A stretch of 64,000 bases of DNA from assembly GCA_024704765.1 (NCBI GenBank), contig JAKMXF010000233.1, forward strand, positions 434,001-498,000, given 5' to 3'. The notes below the pieces were generated by a model. The model was not told the DNA's origin. It ran no database searches and saw nothing but the letters and a program-made list of their open reading frames with translations. Made by a program: the position numbers and the translations under genes. The DNA comes from Oopsacas minuta (taxonomy: Eukaryota > Animalia > Porifera). Positions 23,219 to 42,394 of this stretch are shown here, in pieces. Position 1 is the stretch's first letter, and the number at the start of each line of letters is the position of its first letter.

Positions 23219-24398
23219 ATGACTCATTTCTTGAGTTTGTTATTTCTATTTTTAGTTCTTTTAGAACTTTCGGGGCTTTTGGTCCTTGCAGGGAGAAACT
23301 ATTACGATTTGTTGGGGGTTCCTAAGACGGCCAGCGAGAAAGAAATTAAAAAGGCCTTCAGGAAGTTAGCAATAAAATATCATCCGGATAGGAATAATGA
23401 AAAAGGAGCAGAGGACAAATTCGTTGAAATAGCGAATGGTAAGTTCTCCCTGGGAGAGAAATACAACAACTCCCATTATATTGAAGTCTAAAATCATACA
23501 AATATGGACCCAAACCGTCAAAGTAACCTACATTACATCGGTTATACCGAAGTAATTATCACGGTCCCTTTGGGCTTCGATATAACAGGAGTTGACTTTA
23601 CAACACAAATTGAAAGAATTCACACCCGTGATAATTACTTCGGTATAACCGATGTAATGTAGGTTACTTTGACGGTTTGGGACCATATTTGTATGATTTT
23701 AGACTTCAATATAAGTGCGGGCATTTAGATATAATCGGAACTGAGTATTGTTTACAGAACGATCTATTCATAATAGTCTCTTATAGCTTATGAAATACTC
23801 AGCGATAGCAAGAAACGCCGAACATATGATCGTTATGGAGAAGCTGGTTTGAATGGAAATAGTCATCAAGGGCCTTCATTCGATTTCAAAGATTTCTTCC
23901 ATCAAGGCACTGGTTTTGGTGGATTTAATTTTGATAATATTTTTGATATGTTTGGTGATGATAGTGAGGATGATTTGGGGGATGACCTGGGAGAGACTGG
24001 AGGTTTTTTTGATGGATTCTCACCTTTTGGAAATATGATGGACTTTGGATTTGATCACGGTAATTGATAGTTAAATATTCGAGCTTTTATGTTAAGTGTA
24101 AACTACAAAAACTGGATGCAAGGGACGCAGACAATCCTAACCCGTTTGTAGAGGTTCATTTGTATGGGATTAGGAATTTGCTCTAATTCCAATCCCTTTA
24201 CAACTTTCCCAGGATTTTACGCTTTTTCCCGGTCCCAATTTCCACACCAATTTTATATATTATCTAGAAATATAGCAAACATTGAAAAAATTCCATTTCC
24301 ATCTGTTTATAGGTCGGCCGAGTAGAAGTGAGTCTAGATGCAAGACGGTAACACAAGTACACGGTAACAGCAGAACTACATACACTGTATGCAGCTAA
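23219..24398 (+). CDS. DNAJB9: DnaJ homolog subfamily B member 9 (ERdj4)-like, 3 exons
   Basis: Signal peptide; J-domain [34 protein letters not shown]; G/F-rich region; C-terminal [19 protein letters not shown] typical of DNAJB9. Exons 23219-23438, about 23787-24060, about 24313-24398. Confidence 0.9.
23462..23750. mobile_element. Two family A MITE bodies in inverted orientation (DNAJB9 intron 1)
   Basis: Arms 23476-23564 and 23626-23714 are reverse complements with one mismatch. Confidence 0.8.
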
Positions 24399-25046
24399 TT
24401 GATTGGTTCCTGACAACCAATAGGATAATCAGCTCAGATCACAGCTTTTTTTGTGCATATTTATTTCTGGATATTTTATTAACCATACTATCTTATTTGA
24501 TGTCACATTTTTGTGGCTCAACCACTTTGCATGGACATATCTCGCAAACTACAAGTTTATCTTATATACTCAAAATGGCAAAAATGTAGGTTAGAGTGCC
24601 CTCTTCACGAAGAATTGTGTTCCGGGACAATTCGTCCAACCACAAACCAATATACTAGGTTCTTAAGCGGGTAAAATGTGTCCCGGTTTTGGTGATAACA
24701 ATATGTTACTTCCGTCAAAATGTCGGTTATTTCCTTGTGCGTTTGTTCGTTGCCGATAGAAGCGGTCCTAGGGGGAAAAATTGAGTATTTACCTCGGATC
24801 TGAGACGTCTTCAGACCACCACAGCCTATATTTTGCCTCAAGTATGCCAGATCCTGGAATCGCCCCTGATTGTTGATTATTTTGGTTGAACTTAATAAGA
24901 CATTGCCGGCGGAACCGATACGAAATGCCGGATAACTTTCTAGAATCCCCATAGAATGTACAGTAAGACCTTACCGCTTGTCTTTTGCTTGTTAATAAAC
25001 TCTATTATTCATAGAATTAGCGTATATATTTCAAATCGGATTCGGC

Positions 25047-31201
<6,155 letters not shown>

Positions 31202-31717
31202 TTCCTCAGTTTGTATTGTTTTACAATTTGTTAGAATTTTTGGACTCATGGATTAGTGATATTTTAGTTATATTCAAGACATATTTCAAACGGTTTAGCA
31301 TTCCAATTCGCCATTTCTGGTTCTACGCAAAGGAAATATTCAGTGAAATGTCGTTATATGACGAAAATATGACGTCATTGTCACCTTTTGGAATTTCAAA
31401 AATCACATTATTAACAACTGCTTGCCAATATATATGATAGAAGTGGCGATTTTGAAGCGGAGTTACGCCATTCAAACATATTTTGTTGTGTCTCGATCAC
31501 TATTAAAGGTGACAAAAGCAATTCATTGCAATTAAATACACGAATAACTGTAAATTCTCAAATTACAATTTTCTTGATTAGTTCCAGTTCAATTTATCCT
31601 TAGTTCCATATTGAATTAGCTGAATTATCCATTATATGGATAATTATAAATAGACTGTAGAACAATCGAATATATTTTACTGAAGTAAATTACAAAAGCT
31701 CGATCAAACACCTCAAA

Positions 31718-33154
31718 ATGTCAGATAATTTCAACGATATTCTTACCTTCCACCGCGGGTCCATTGATGAATATCCCGCGGTCAAAAGTTTGACAATTCC
31801 CAAATCGATGGCGCATCTATTCGAGCCACTACCTATTTTCCCAGGTGTCGAAAATCTCCCACCAAAAGACACAAATGCCGAAAGAAAATCAAAAACAATT
31901 CGTAAACGGAAATTTATTGAACCGGTAGAATTGGAGCCGAATGACACCAAAAAACCGCGAAAACCGTTCAGTATTGTTAACCGCGTTTCCCGCGTAATTG
32001 ACGCGCCATCTTTGAAGCGCTCATTCAGCCTACGCGACCGGACAAAAGTCTCCGTCCCTGCAAATAAACCCACTGAATGCCAAGCACCCCAGCGGTCCAG
32101 ACGATCATTTTTAGAGCGAAACTATTTGATAGCTACAAATTGGGTGGATACAATCGCAGAACCTTATAGCTGTTACTCAACCGCCGAAATAAAAATCCAA
32201 GAAGCGATCTACACCCTCTACCGGACGGAAATAGAGTACCTGCAGGATCTAGAGATGGTTGTACATAAAATAGCCAAACCTATGCTACGATTAGATCTCG
32301 TCTCACCTGATGAATATGATACTATTTTTAGTAACATTGAGAAACTTATTCCGATACACGAGAACATTATCGTTCGCCTGCAACAGATCAAATGCATCGA
32401 TGGCACCTTTGGGGAGATTGTGACACCGTTTTTGGAATGGATTCCTGTTATGACAGAGGCTTACGTTAAATATTGTCCGAACCTCGTTTTCGCAAAAGAA
32501 CTTTTTCAAGTTAAAAAGCAAAAACAAACATTTTGCGATTACTTAGAGAAATGTCGTGAATATGAGTTTATGAGGAAAATCGACTTTTGGACTTTTCTTG
32601 ATTCTCCGCGTAGCCGATTAATGAAATACCCTCTCATGTTGAAAGAAATCTCCCGATTAGGCGGTCAGGACAGATTCGCCCTCGACAGTGCCATCAATAA
32701 AATAGAAGATATAATTACGGTCACCGATATGCGGACGGGGTTTGCTAAATGCGATTCGGTTAAACAGTCTTTCCAGTATCTAACTGAAGCCCAGCGGCTG
32801 CCAGAAATTGAGAGCTCGACGACTCTCCATTTTATGGGGGAAATGAGAAACAAGCACAATACGAGATTAACAGTTTTCTTGCTAGATAAGGTGCTTATAA
32901 TCACAAGGGCTACTCCCACCAAAAGTGGAACGATTTATCATATTCACCGACAGCCAGTGACCCTTAACGACCTCGAGTTCGAGAATATCCCAGACTCCAA
33001 TCCAGGGTCGTTCCGCCGGCGGTCTGCGATTAATTTAAACAGGAACTTAATAAGGTTTAGTTCCAAATCAAAACAAGTAAATTCTTTGACACTTCAATGT
33101 CATTCAGATTTTGATAAGAAAGCTTGGATGGATGCTTTGAGCTCAGCTGTTTGA
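31718..33154 (+). CDS. NET1: NET1/ARHGEF3-like Rho guanine exchange factor (DH-PH), intronless, 478 aa
   Basis: IQEAIYTLYRTEIEYLQDL; RKIDFWTFLDSPRSRLMKYPLMLKEI (NET1/ARHGEF3 signature); PH domain ending QCHSDFDKKAWMDAL. NET1 versus ARHGEF3 not resolvable. Confidence 0.88.
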   Translation: MSDNFNDILTFHRGSIDEYPAVKSLTIPKSMAHLFEPLPIFPGVENLPPKDTNAERKSKTIRKRKFIEPVELEPNDTKKPRKPFSIVNRVSRVIDAPSLKRSFSLRDRTKVSVPANKPTECQAPQRSRRSFLERNYLIATNWVDTIAEPYSCYSTAEIKIQEAIYTLYRTEIEYLQDLEMVVHKIAKPMLRLDLVSPDEYDTIFSNIEKLIPIHENIIVRLQQIKCIDGTFGEIVTPFLEWIPVMTEAYVKYCPNLVFAKELFQVKKQKQTFCDYLEKCREYEFMRKIDFWTFLDSPRSRLMKYPLMLKEISRLGGQDRFALDSAINKIEDIITVTDMRTGFAKCDSVKQSFQYLTEAQRLPEIESSTTLHFMGEMRNKHNTRLTVFLLDKVLIITRATPTKSGTIYHIHRQPVTLNDLEFENIPDSNPGSFRRRSAINLNRNLIRFSSKSKQVNSLTLQCHSDFDKKAWMDALSSAV

Positions 33155-36100
33155 TAGTTATCAAATTACAGTATTCGAATTATAATTTCACTTTTTTTGT
33201 TTATTGTTGTTTGTGTACAGATTGATTTGTAAATATTTATCACTTTATTGTGACTATTTTTTGCGAACAGATCATTGGTTAAAATATCATTAAATCATTC
33301 ACTATTTATTTATTTCAAGGGTGTTGTTGTTTGTTGTTGTTTATCCCAAGTTTGAGGTACAACTTTCAGGGGGAAGGGGTGTTAAATCGGACACCAAGGG
33401 TGTTTTGACAAAGTTGACGCATGAAAGAGGCAAGAAACAGGGAAAATAACAGGAAAGAAACCACAGCGGAATCTGCACGGTTCTACCTATACATTAAAAT
33501 GAATGGTATTATAGAGAAAGCACATGCAAGGAGGCAGAAGCACTGATTTCCACTGTAATTTCCAGAAAAAAACCAACAAACACGTATTGCATCATTATTT
33601 TTATTGTTTGATGTTTGTATTATATCATGTTATATGATACAAATGCAACGTGTAAACATCACCGTTAACACGTTGTGTATTTGCATTTGTTGTAAGTATT
33701 TTTACAGTCGACTTCGCTTAATTTGGACGCTTTCGTTCAATAGTTTGTGTTACAATCAACCGGTGTCCACTTTGTATATATTATGCAACTATAATGTCCA
33801 CATATTTGTGCTCTGCATAACAACGTGATTGCTACATTAGCATGCAGTGATTTATATGTTGCATATTTGCAAACATCATTTCATCTCTATGATGTTTTGA
33901 TATTTATTGAATTTCAAAATTTAGTTATACTTATTTTGGTGCCATTTCAATATGGAACCAATTCATGGGTACAATTCTTCTCCCCTTGACCTCGTTACTC
34001 ATACCAGAATTTCCCAGACAACAAACAAACAACAAACAAACAAACAACAAATAGTATTCTAATAATCAATCTTAGAAGGATTTTATTTTCGTAAAATGTG
34101 TAAGAAATTTTCTCAAATAATTTTTGATAAAAATTAATTTAAGGAATTTTCATGTTTATTGCATTTATAAGTTTTTGAGATATTTTAACGCGAAAGATAT
34201 GCAAATATTTCAAATACCGAAGCTATCTATATATGTTATCGCCATATTTCGACACCTTTCAATATCCTCACTTCCTGTTCGTGTTCAGGGGTCGAAATTC
34301 ATGGGAGCAACGGGGAATGATTATTAGGGCCCAACAACTACCCCCATGGCCCTATGGGTCGAATCCTTATCTTCACACCTGGAGAATTGAAATCAAAATT
34401 TTGTGAATATGACGTAATTTCTAACTAATCATTACATTTCCATAAGTAAGGATTCATTAAACAGAGGAAGCTATTGACCAATGAGATCCTAGAGTTATGT
34501 CTATACAGATGGTATTCATTGATAATATACATATGGTAATTGTATAGAGAAATGTGTTAAGTATGTGTAAAGTGTTCTTAGGGAGCATGCCATCTAACGA
34601 ATCTCGTAGCCATGGAAACATAAGGATTGAAAATAGGCGCTGATTAGTAAATATTCTCGAAAATAATATTTTTCCAAAATTTAAACAGACATGCAATAAC
34701 ATTTTGACACCTAATCAATAATGCATAAGCAAAACAAAGGAATGGAAAGATTGGTAAACAAACTATCAGAATATCAGTCTGAGCAGATTTGTTAATGGAA
34801 CTATTTTGGCTAGAAATTTGCATATATTAGTCTACACAGTGATTAGCGCATTGTTATCAACACATATTTCAATATTTCCTGATTGATTAAAGCACGCGCG
34901 GGGAATTTACGTGGGGAATACGTTTAAGCGCCATATGACCAAATAATCATTCCACTTTATATAGTTTCAAAGATAATAGCGCCTTTTCAATTAACTTAAT
35001 TGATGGTTCCTAATAAGATTTGACATATGTTGACTTGCTATATATAACAATAGCTTGTGTAGACCTTATGGCCAATAATAGAGTCTAATCGTGATGGACT
35101 GCTGAATGGGAAGATTTGTGTATAGCTTGTTGTCCTGTGATTACAATTTGTTTACAAAGCTTCTGAAGGATGCTAAATTGTGTTTATTATTTACTAAATA
35201 CATTAAAGCCTCGATATAGTGATTCTAATTGTATCCATTTCTGGCGAATGATTGAAAGAATAAACCTTAATGAAACTGAAACGAATATTCTCCAAATTCA
35301 AATCTGCATATCACCAAAAATTCAAATAATAAATATTAATAATATTCTGCTAATAATACACAACCAAATCACTTCTTAATTATGCGATTACAGCAATAAT
35401 AGCACTGGAGTGACCATCAAATTCTGGATTAATAATATTTACTTTTTGTCAAAGCTACACAATCAAAGTTTAGAGAAATACATTATTTGGCCGATTCAGC
35501 TTTTCTAACAAAACTTGCCGTATTTTCAGATGCATATGGTTTATTTATTTCGTTGCTATGGTAATATTGAAAGAATGTTTCGCATTTATGAATTGTCTAC
35601 GGCAATGTTAAAGTGTCCGAATAGAATATTTCTTACTGTGTTGTGTCTATGATCTAGTTATGACCCACTCTGTTAATCTACAATTGGAACTAACACTTAA
35701 TATAAATCTTATTAATATATTTCATACTCAAGTGTAATTACGTAGCATTATATGTATATTTTAGTTTCATATCTGTGTGGACAATTTTCACAGATTCAAG
35801 TGTGACATAGATGTATTAATTTCTAAAATGTACACGAGGATGACACCGATACACTGTTTCGGACAATCTGTAATGTAACCATATTATTATACGCAAACAT
35901 TCGCCAGATGGTTCTTTGGATACATTAGACATACTTACTCTTTGATCTTATGTTCAATAATCGATTTAATCCACATTGCTAAGACCTCAAAGCGTAACTA
36001 GGGAGCATCTGGTCAATTACTAATTTGAAAACAAAGAATGAATGAATATTTATTTGCCGATTTGTCGACTGATCGAATTCTATTGTCAAATAATCGAAAG

Positions 36101-37383
36101 GAAGTGTAGCAATGTTGGTAATCTAATTAAAGACTTTTGTTCTAACCGAAATTACTTTGATTAAGAAGAATCCATATTTGATTTGTTCGTATATTAATTT
36201 TGAGGTGTTAACAGAATGTTACGAATATGAATAATTACTAAGATTATCATCCAAACTTGGGTGATAAATATTTACACATTTTATGCACGGAATTGGTTAA
36301 TTACAGATTAGTAATCGTTCAATTGAAATCACAATTTATAAGCTAAGTGATTGTACAGAGATCTCTCTGACAATTAGAAGGAGACATAGGGGATGCGTCC
36401 ACGGACGACAGCAGGGGTCTACAGGAGCTTAACATTTGTATTAGAGTGTATGGAAGAGAGTCCACTGGTGAAAAAGGTTGGCGTGTTTGTTAATAAACCA
36501 TAAAATAATTCTTGTCAAGAAAAGGCCAGGTTTTTGTATAATATTTGATACTTGTGACTGAAAGGTGTGAAAATATGTCATAATGTGTATTTACTACATC
36601 ACAAAACGGTGTGTCAGGGACGCCGAAAGATGCTACACTGTTTCCACGTTTGTGGAAATTTATTTGTATGTGACTAGGAATTCACTCTGTTTACAGAAGT
36701 TTCCCGTTAGTGTTTATAGATCTCCACAATATCAACACACAATATACACTTGTATAATACTGTGGAAGCCGCTTAACCGGGATATCCGCTTAAACGGGAC
36801 AATGGTTTGGGAACAGATTTTTTACATAGAAAAATCGTCGGATAATTGGGACATTGAATCGGGTATTCAGGATTTCTTATCCCAACATTATTATTATTTA
36901 AACTCATTTTTTCTTACTTTCTAAGCATATATCGTAACGCATTTTATGACCTCTTGAAGCGGAACTATACCCTTACTACAGCCAATCTCTGTTAGACCCT
37001 AAGATAATCAGGATTAATAGTATAGAAATAAGATATATCTGGTCATGTGACCATGAAAAGCTAGTTTTGAATACTTAGATACTCGTAATCTGATAATGTG
37101 GACAAAACATTGACTCCCGAGCTGTGCCGATTAAGCGGCTTCCACTTTATAACTAGACTACCAAACAGGTGTTAATTCTATTAGTTTCAGTTCTATAACA
37201 TATTATCAGTCACAGTAGTTATGATTTGTATACATGTCTAGACGGACAGATAGTTCTACAGAACTTCATTAATGATTTAATTATGTGTCTGTAATTTGTT
37301 GATGATTTGAGTGAGTCCAATTTCTGTTAATGAATTGTTTATTGTTCAAATACACAAATATTAGTTGAGTAGTCATATTAATA

Positions 37384-37639
37384 CAGTCAGCTCCCGTTAC
37401 ATCTAACACGAATATATCGATTATGAAATTATACAAATATGGTCTCAAACCGTCAAAGTAACATTGGGTATGAACATGCAATCAACTCCTGTTATACCGA
37501 AGCTCAAGGGACCGCGATAGTTGCTTCGATATAACCAATGGAATATTTGTTACTTTGAAGGTTTGTGATCATATTTGTACAATTTACACTTCAATGTAAG
37601 CGGGTACGTATCCATGTCCGATAAAACAGGAGTTCACTG
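37384..37639. mobile_element. Composite of two family A MITEs
   Basis: ta|cagtcagctcccgttacatc..; internal caactcctgttataccgaagctcaagggacc..; end aaacaggagttcactg|ta. Confidence 0.75.
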
Positions 37640-37939
37640 TATATAAAATCTTCGTATAACTAATACATATCTCTGTATTCCACATTTTCACTATTAATGC
37701 TGTCTCTATGAGTAAGTTACTATCAAAGTCTTCACTGGATTATTGTCCAGATTGTCATACACAGATAATTGTTACTAAAATTAACTCCACCCTTTTCTAA
37801 TAAAGAATTCTAGATTTCTTAACTCATGCAAATGTATAATTTGATTACTTTACTTCTTAGAATATTATTAGCTTATTTGTGTCCTTCATTAATCTTGAAA
37901 AATTCCTGTTATATTTAATTTTTCAAATTTGGTAGAAGA

Positions 37940-38060
37940 TTGAAATTGATTGGTTGAAATTGACCAATAAAACGCAAGCATAAACCGAAAGTAACAATTA
38001 ATATCAACCTACACTAATTGGTAAACCCTCAAATCTGATTGGGCTAGAATATTTTTCACA
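37940..38060. repeat. Dispersed CCAAT-rich repeat (family H)
   Basis: gattgaaattgattggttgaaattgaccaataaaacgcaa..ctacactaattggtaaaccctcaaatctgattgg also at about 44183-44297; pieces at 40350 and 51920. Confidence 0.65.
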
Positions 38061-38580
38061 TTTTCTCAGGAATGTGTCGATATTGTGTATAGAAATACAC
38101 AATACTGAGTGTAGATTTGGCGCCATGGCGGTCGATTGGTAGAGGTTTCAATATTTAGGGACAAATTTTGGTACCCAAATATCATATTTACCAACACCCA
38201 TCATTTTACTTCGAAGACTTCATCTATAAATAGCAATTCAGGCTCGTAACGCAAACTCCCCAAAATTTTAACACCCCCCTTCCTTGTCTCACGTTTTAAA
38301 ATTATTATGTAACGCAGTCTTGGGATATTACACAATTTCTTAAATATCATTGTTGTTTGTTGTTTGTTGTTTGTTGTTGTTTGTCCAAACAATATACATC
38401 TATTACTCCTCTAACAAACACACAGATATGTTACATAATCTTAATATACGATATAATTGTGTGATTAATATTAATTTTGATTAGTTACGGGAAAGGTTGG
38501 AAGTTATGTTACAATAGAGCTTAATAATATTTATAAGATATTTTTGAGTGAATTATGTCATTACAAATTGTGTGTGAACA

Positions 38581-38810
38581 TCGTATCGCCTCGAATAGTA
38601 GCCCCCTTCAATGATCGCCTCCCTCGCTGAGGGGTGTAGCCAAATACCAACGAGGTAACCATGGAGACTGAGACATAACACGTCACAGAAGCACGTTAGG
38701 GAGTTGGTGAATATATTCATGTATAGAATGCTATGATTCATGGAATGTAGTATGTGATTATATATAATGTCCTCTGTCCAAGGGTGTTAAAAATATGATT
38801 AATCACCCCG
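38581..38810. mobile_element. MITE family C copy
   Basis: tcgtatcgcctcgaatagtagcccc..acgtcacagaagcacgttagggagttggtg..gggtgttaaaaatatga. Confidence 0.75.
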
Positions 38811-39581
38811 GATACTCCTCGATTGACTTTAAATCTGTACTCTCTAATTATCTTCTAATGATTATATGATAATAATCATAATGAATGTACCTGTAATCAG
38901 TTGTGTAATATGTAGGATAATATACCGAATTATCAGTCAAAGGTTTTTGGAATAATATTACATAAGAGGTAAGCTTGTCCTATTTATCCGACATATTGAG
39001 TTTCACACCTTGCAATAGTTCAAAAAGATTATTTTCCCTATGTTAACCCTAATATGCTATACCCCGCTTAAAACTATCAATAACCCGCCCGCCTAAAATT
39101 ATGAATTATCCCGCTTAAAACTACGCTCTTATTCTCAGCTGTTTGGAATCATGTATAACTATTAGGAATCCAAATATGTTCTAGATAACTGATGTCACCT
39201 GTCTTCCAGCTGATGTAATTATTAAATGGTTTCCAATTTATATAACTGCCACTAAAATTGTCTTACGACACAATTTGTAGACTTTCCTTATCTCATGTTT
39301 GATACTTTGACAATATATCTGGGTTCATTACGCTAATCTAATTAGCATACAACATATGTGTCTGAAAGTCATAATGGATGGTTATATGATTTCAAATTTT
39401 GAAGAATGGATTCAAATTGATGGGAATTGGTTATAGTTCCATATTGTAACACCTTTCGATACAGATGGAATTGGCATAATTCGGAAGAAATATATAAATT
39501 TAATAAATACAGAATTAATGAATTGAATAACTGGAAATTTCATATTTGATAATATTTGTTGTCTGTGATTAAACTGTCTTC

Positions 39582-41151
39582 TTACTCTCGACATTTCGGG
39601 CAATACCTAATAAACAGACAAACAAGTAAACAAACAAGCGAGCGAGCAACAAACAAACAAACACGAATACTCACTTACCATTGTCCTGTTGGTTGTGATG
39701 TCAATCCGACACATTCAAAGTGGAACCACTCAATAGTGCACTATAGGACTATGGATAATACGAGAATCTGATAGGGCAAGATATTTATCGCATTTTCTGC
39801 GATTTGTGTGAATATTCTGTTTACACATTATATCATATTCCACACACGTACAAAATTTAAGTTTGTAGCTCTTATCAGTTCTTCAATTAACACAAACAAA
39901 TAAACAAATAAATAAATATGTTACTTTAATACTTTAGCTTACATCTGAGTTGTCACAGCCAATCATTTGTCCATATGATACCTGTAAACATGCTAGTAAA
40001 CATACAAACAAACAAACAAATAAACAAACAAACAAACACATACCTTGTCACAAATACAATATGTAGGTTCATTAGGATCAACAGGCATATCTAGATCTCC
40101 ATTCTTTGAATCTCTATCTCCATCTTCTGACCTGTAAACAACAACAAAAACAAACAGCAATAAATGATATAATATATTTACCTTGAGTTACTCCTAGCGG
40201 ATACTTCTGATACAGTTCTACTGTGTTTACTAGGACGACTACATTCAGACAAAGTAGATCTTCTCTTGGAACCTAGATACCATATATTAATAAGGAATTT
40301 GGTATTTGTGATAAATTTAGTAACAGATTTTAAGGTGATGATGTCTTGACCTATCAGATTTGAGGGTTTCCTACTGCACTAGGTTTGAAACAGCTGTTTT
40401 TCTCACTCAATTATCCGGCACAGCCAATCAATTGTGGAATAATATGTTGAGAAAGACAGCAGTTTATTATATGAGACTGTGATTAGATTGGTCAATAAAC
40501 ATACTTGTACTCTCCGTGCTAAATGAGGTGTCCCGCTTCTTAAGTGACTGTTCGTAATGGTTAAGATCACTATCTAAGTGTCGTATATGTTGATCTACCT
40601 GTTTACGTAAACAATAAGTAAACAATATGTATAATTTCACACATATACCTACCAATTCGTATGTACTATAGGCTAAATCAACTTTATCGTCAGAACATTT
40701 TCTGATAGAATTAAAATGTTGTTTGATTTGTTTTAATATTTTTGTCTTTGTTTTGTCGTCTGTTGTTTTAGCATCTTGTTTGTATGTTTCTGATAATTCA
40801 TTTATTGTCTTTTGTAATTCTAGGAGAGAGGAATGTTTGTTTGTTTGTTTGTTTGTTTGTTTGTTGTGTAAACAACCTTACTTTCAGCTTTCTTATCGAA
40901 TTCAGACATTAATCCGAAATTTCTCTGCAAATCTGATGGCAAATGTCTGATACCTGAAAATACATTAAAATTATATTACTGGATCATGGATAATAATCAA
41001 CACAAAAAAATCCCTGTCAAACCTGCAAACTGTCCATTTTTGGACCATTTTAGAGGTCTTAACAGGTTCTAACATGGAATTATAATTATCATAGTTCCAA
41101 TTACAATTCGAACTTACTATCAAGGTAGTTTTCCAATATCTGTGTTGTCAT
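39582..41151 (-). CDS. ING4: Inhibitor of growth protein 4/5-like PHD-finger chromatin reader, multi-exon
   Basis: MTTQILENYLDS|IRHLPSDLQRNFGLMSEFDK; DDKVDLAYSTYEL|VDQHIRHLDSDL; DMPVDPNEPTYCICDK|VSYGQMIGCDNSD|CTIEWFHFECVGLTSQPTGQW|YCPKCRE*. ING4 versus ING5 not resolvable. Confidence 0.92.
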
Positions 41152-41174
41152 GGTTACTAATAGATTGTCTAAGA

Positions 41175-42247
41175 ATGTTTAGATTAACAAATATTTGTAA
41201 ACAATCACCTGTGTTACATTCTAAAACAGATAAGCCGTTGCTTAGTTACGGATATTTACCCAGGAATGTGAGTTTTAAAGTCAAACCAGCTGAAGATAGG
41301 ATATGGAGAGAGTATAGAAGAGGTGTTCTGAAAGTAGTCTTAGAATGCAAGAAAGAAAATAAAATAAAGGTAGGGGTCCTTGTATCCAATATGGGCCAAG
41401 AGGGTCTCCCAAGTGGCCGACTAGAAGTGTCCAAGGGGTACCAAATTGGACAGGAGGGGTGCATTTATGTCAACGTTAATTTAGTTCCAATTTATGTATA
41501 GTTATTCGAAGAAAGGAGACAGAAAAAGCTCTATGAGGAGAAGTTTAGTTTTGAGAATTTATTCGGAGCTGCGTTCAAGTATGCAGAAGAAGTAAATCAT
41601 AAACAACAAGAAAAGAGAGAGGTGAGAATATTTACTAATAAACAAATTATCAATAGTTATAATATCCCGCCTAAATCTATCAATACCCCGCCTAAATCTA
41701 TCCATACCCCGCCTAAATCTATCAATACCCCGCCTAAATCTATCCATACCCCGCCTAAATCTATCAATACCCCGCCTAAATCTATCAATATCCCGCCTAA
41801 ATCTATCAATATCCCGCCTAAATCTATCAATACCCCGCCTAAATCTATCAATACCCCGCCTAAATCTATCAATATCCCGCCTAAATCTATCAATATCCCG
41901 GCAAACGCTATTGATAGTTTTAGGCGGTTAAATGTTTATAGAAAGCAGAACTTGAAAGAAGAGCAGAGGCTAAACAGACAGAAGAAAAAGATAAAATAAT
42001 TCAAGAAATTGCACACACAGAAAAAGAACAAAATATAAAAAATATTTTAAAAGAGGAAACACAAAAAATGGAAAGTTTCATTACAAAAACAAATATTGAA
42101 CATTCCATTGAATACGCCCTTGACAACCCAATCAGTTACAATTTTGCGTTCCCCTATACCAAGGTGATTGGAGACGGGAGAGGGCAGAAGAACTTTGATC
42201 AGAAAGGAGAAGTTATTCTACATGACATCATACCAGATGTTGATTAG
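41175..42247 (+). CDS. MRPS26: Mitochondrial ribosomal protein S26 (mS26)-like, 3 exons
   Basis: Presequence-like MFRLTN..; EYRRGVLKV; coiled-coil middle; C-terminal ESFITKTNIEHSIEYALDNPISYNFA resembles mS26 [24 protein letters not shown]; last exon 41942-42247. Confidence 0.75.
41661..41900. repeat. 21-bp minisatellite, 11 full units plus a partial unit, in MRPS26 intron 2
   Basis: Unit aata(c/t)cccgcctaaatctatc in direct tandem, with no unique spacers. Confidence 0.95.
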
Positions 42248-42394
42248 TTTATATTAATATTTTGACACTTATAAATCTGCTAATTTGTTAATACTCATAT
42301 TTGTTATTCACATATTTAGTCAAACTTCTAAACAACTAACTAGCAAGTAAACAAAGTACATATACAAAGAAATAAACAACTCTACGGTGAAATA

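Noticed and set aside
24605-24952. 115-aa minus-strand ORF between DNAJB9 and USP19
   Set aside because: Non-ATG start, no recognisable motifs, and flanked by repeat-like sequence shared with about 955-1110.
34290-34380. tRNA or tRNA-derived SINE (B-box-like gggtcgaatcc)
   Set aside because: No cloverleaf, acceptor stem or properly spaced A-box could be built.
41622-41999. Proline-rich (PPKSINT)n ORF, or a possible CRISPR-like array
   Set aside because: It is a head-to-tail 21-bp minisatellite with no unique spacers, inside MRPS26 intron 2 (donor gag|gtgaga, acceptor ttatag| at 41941); no cas genes and a eukaryotic context.
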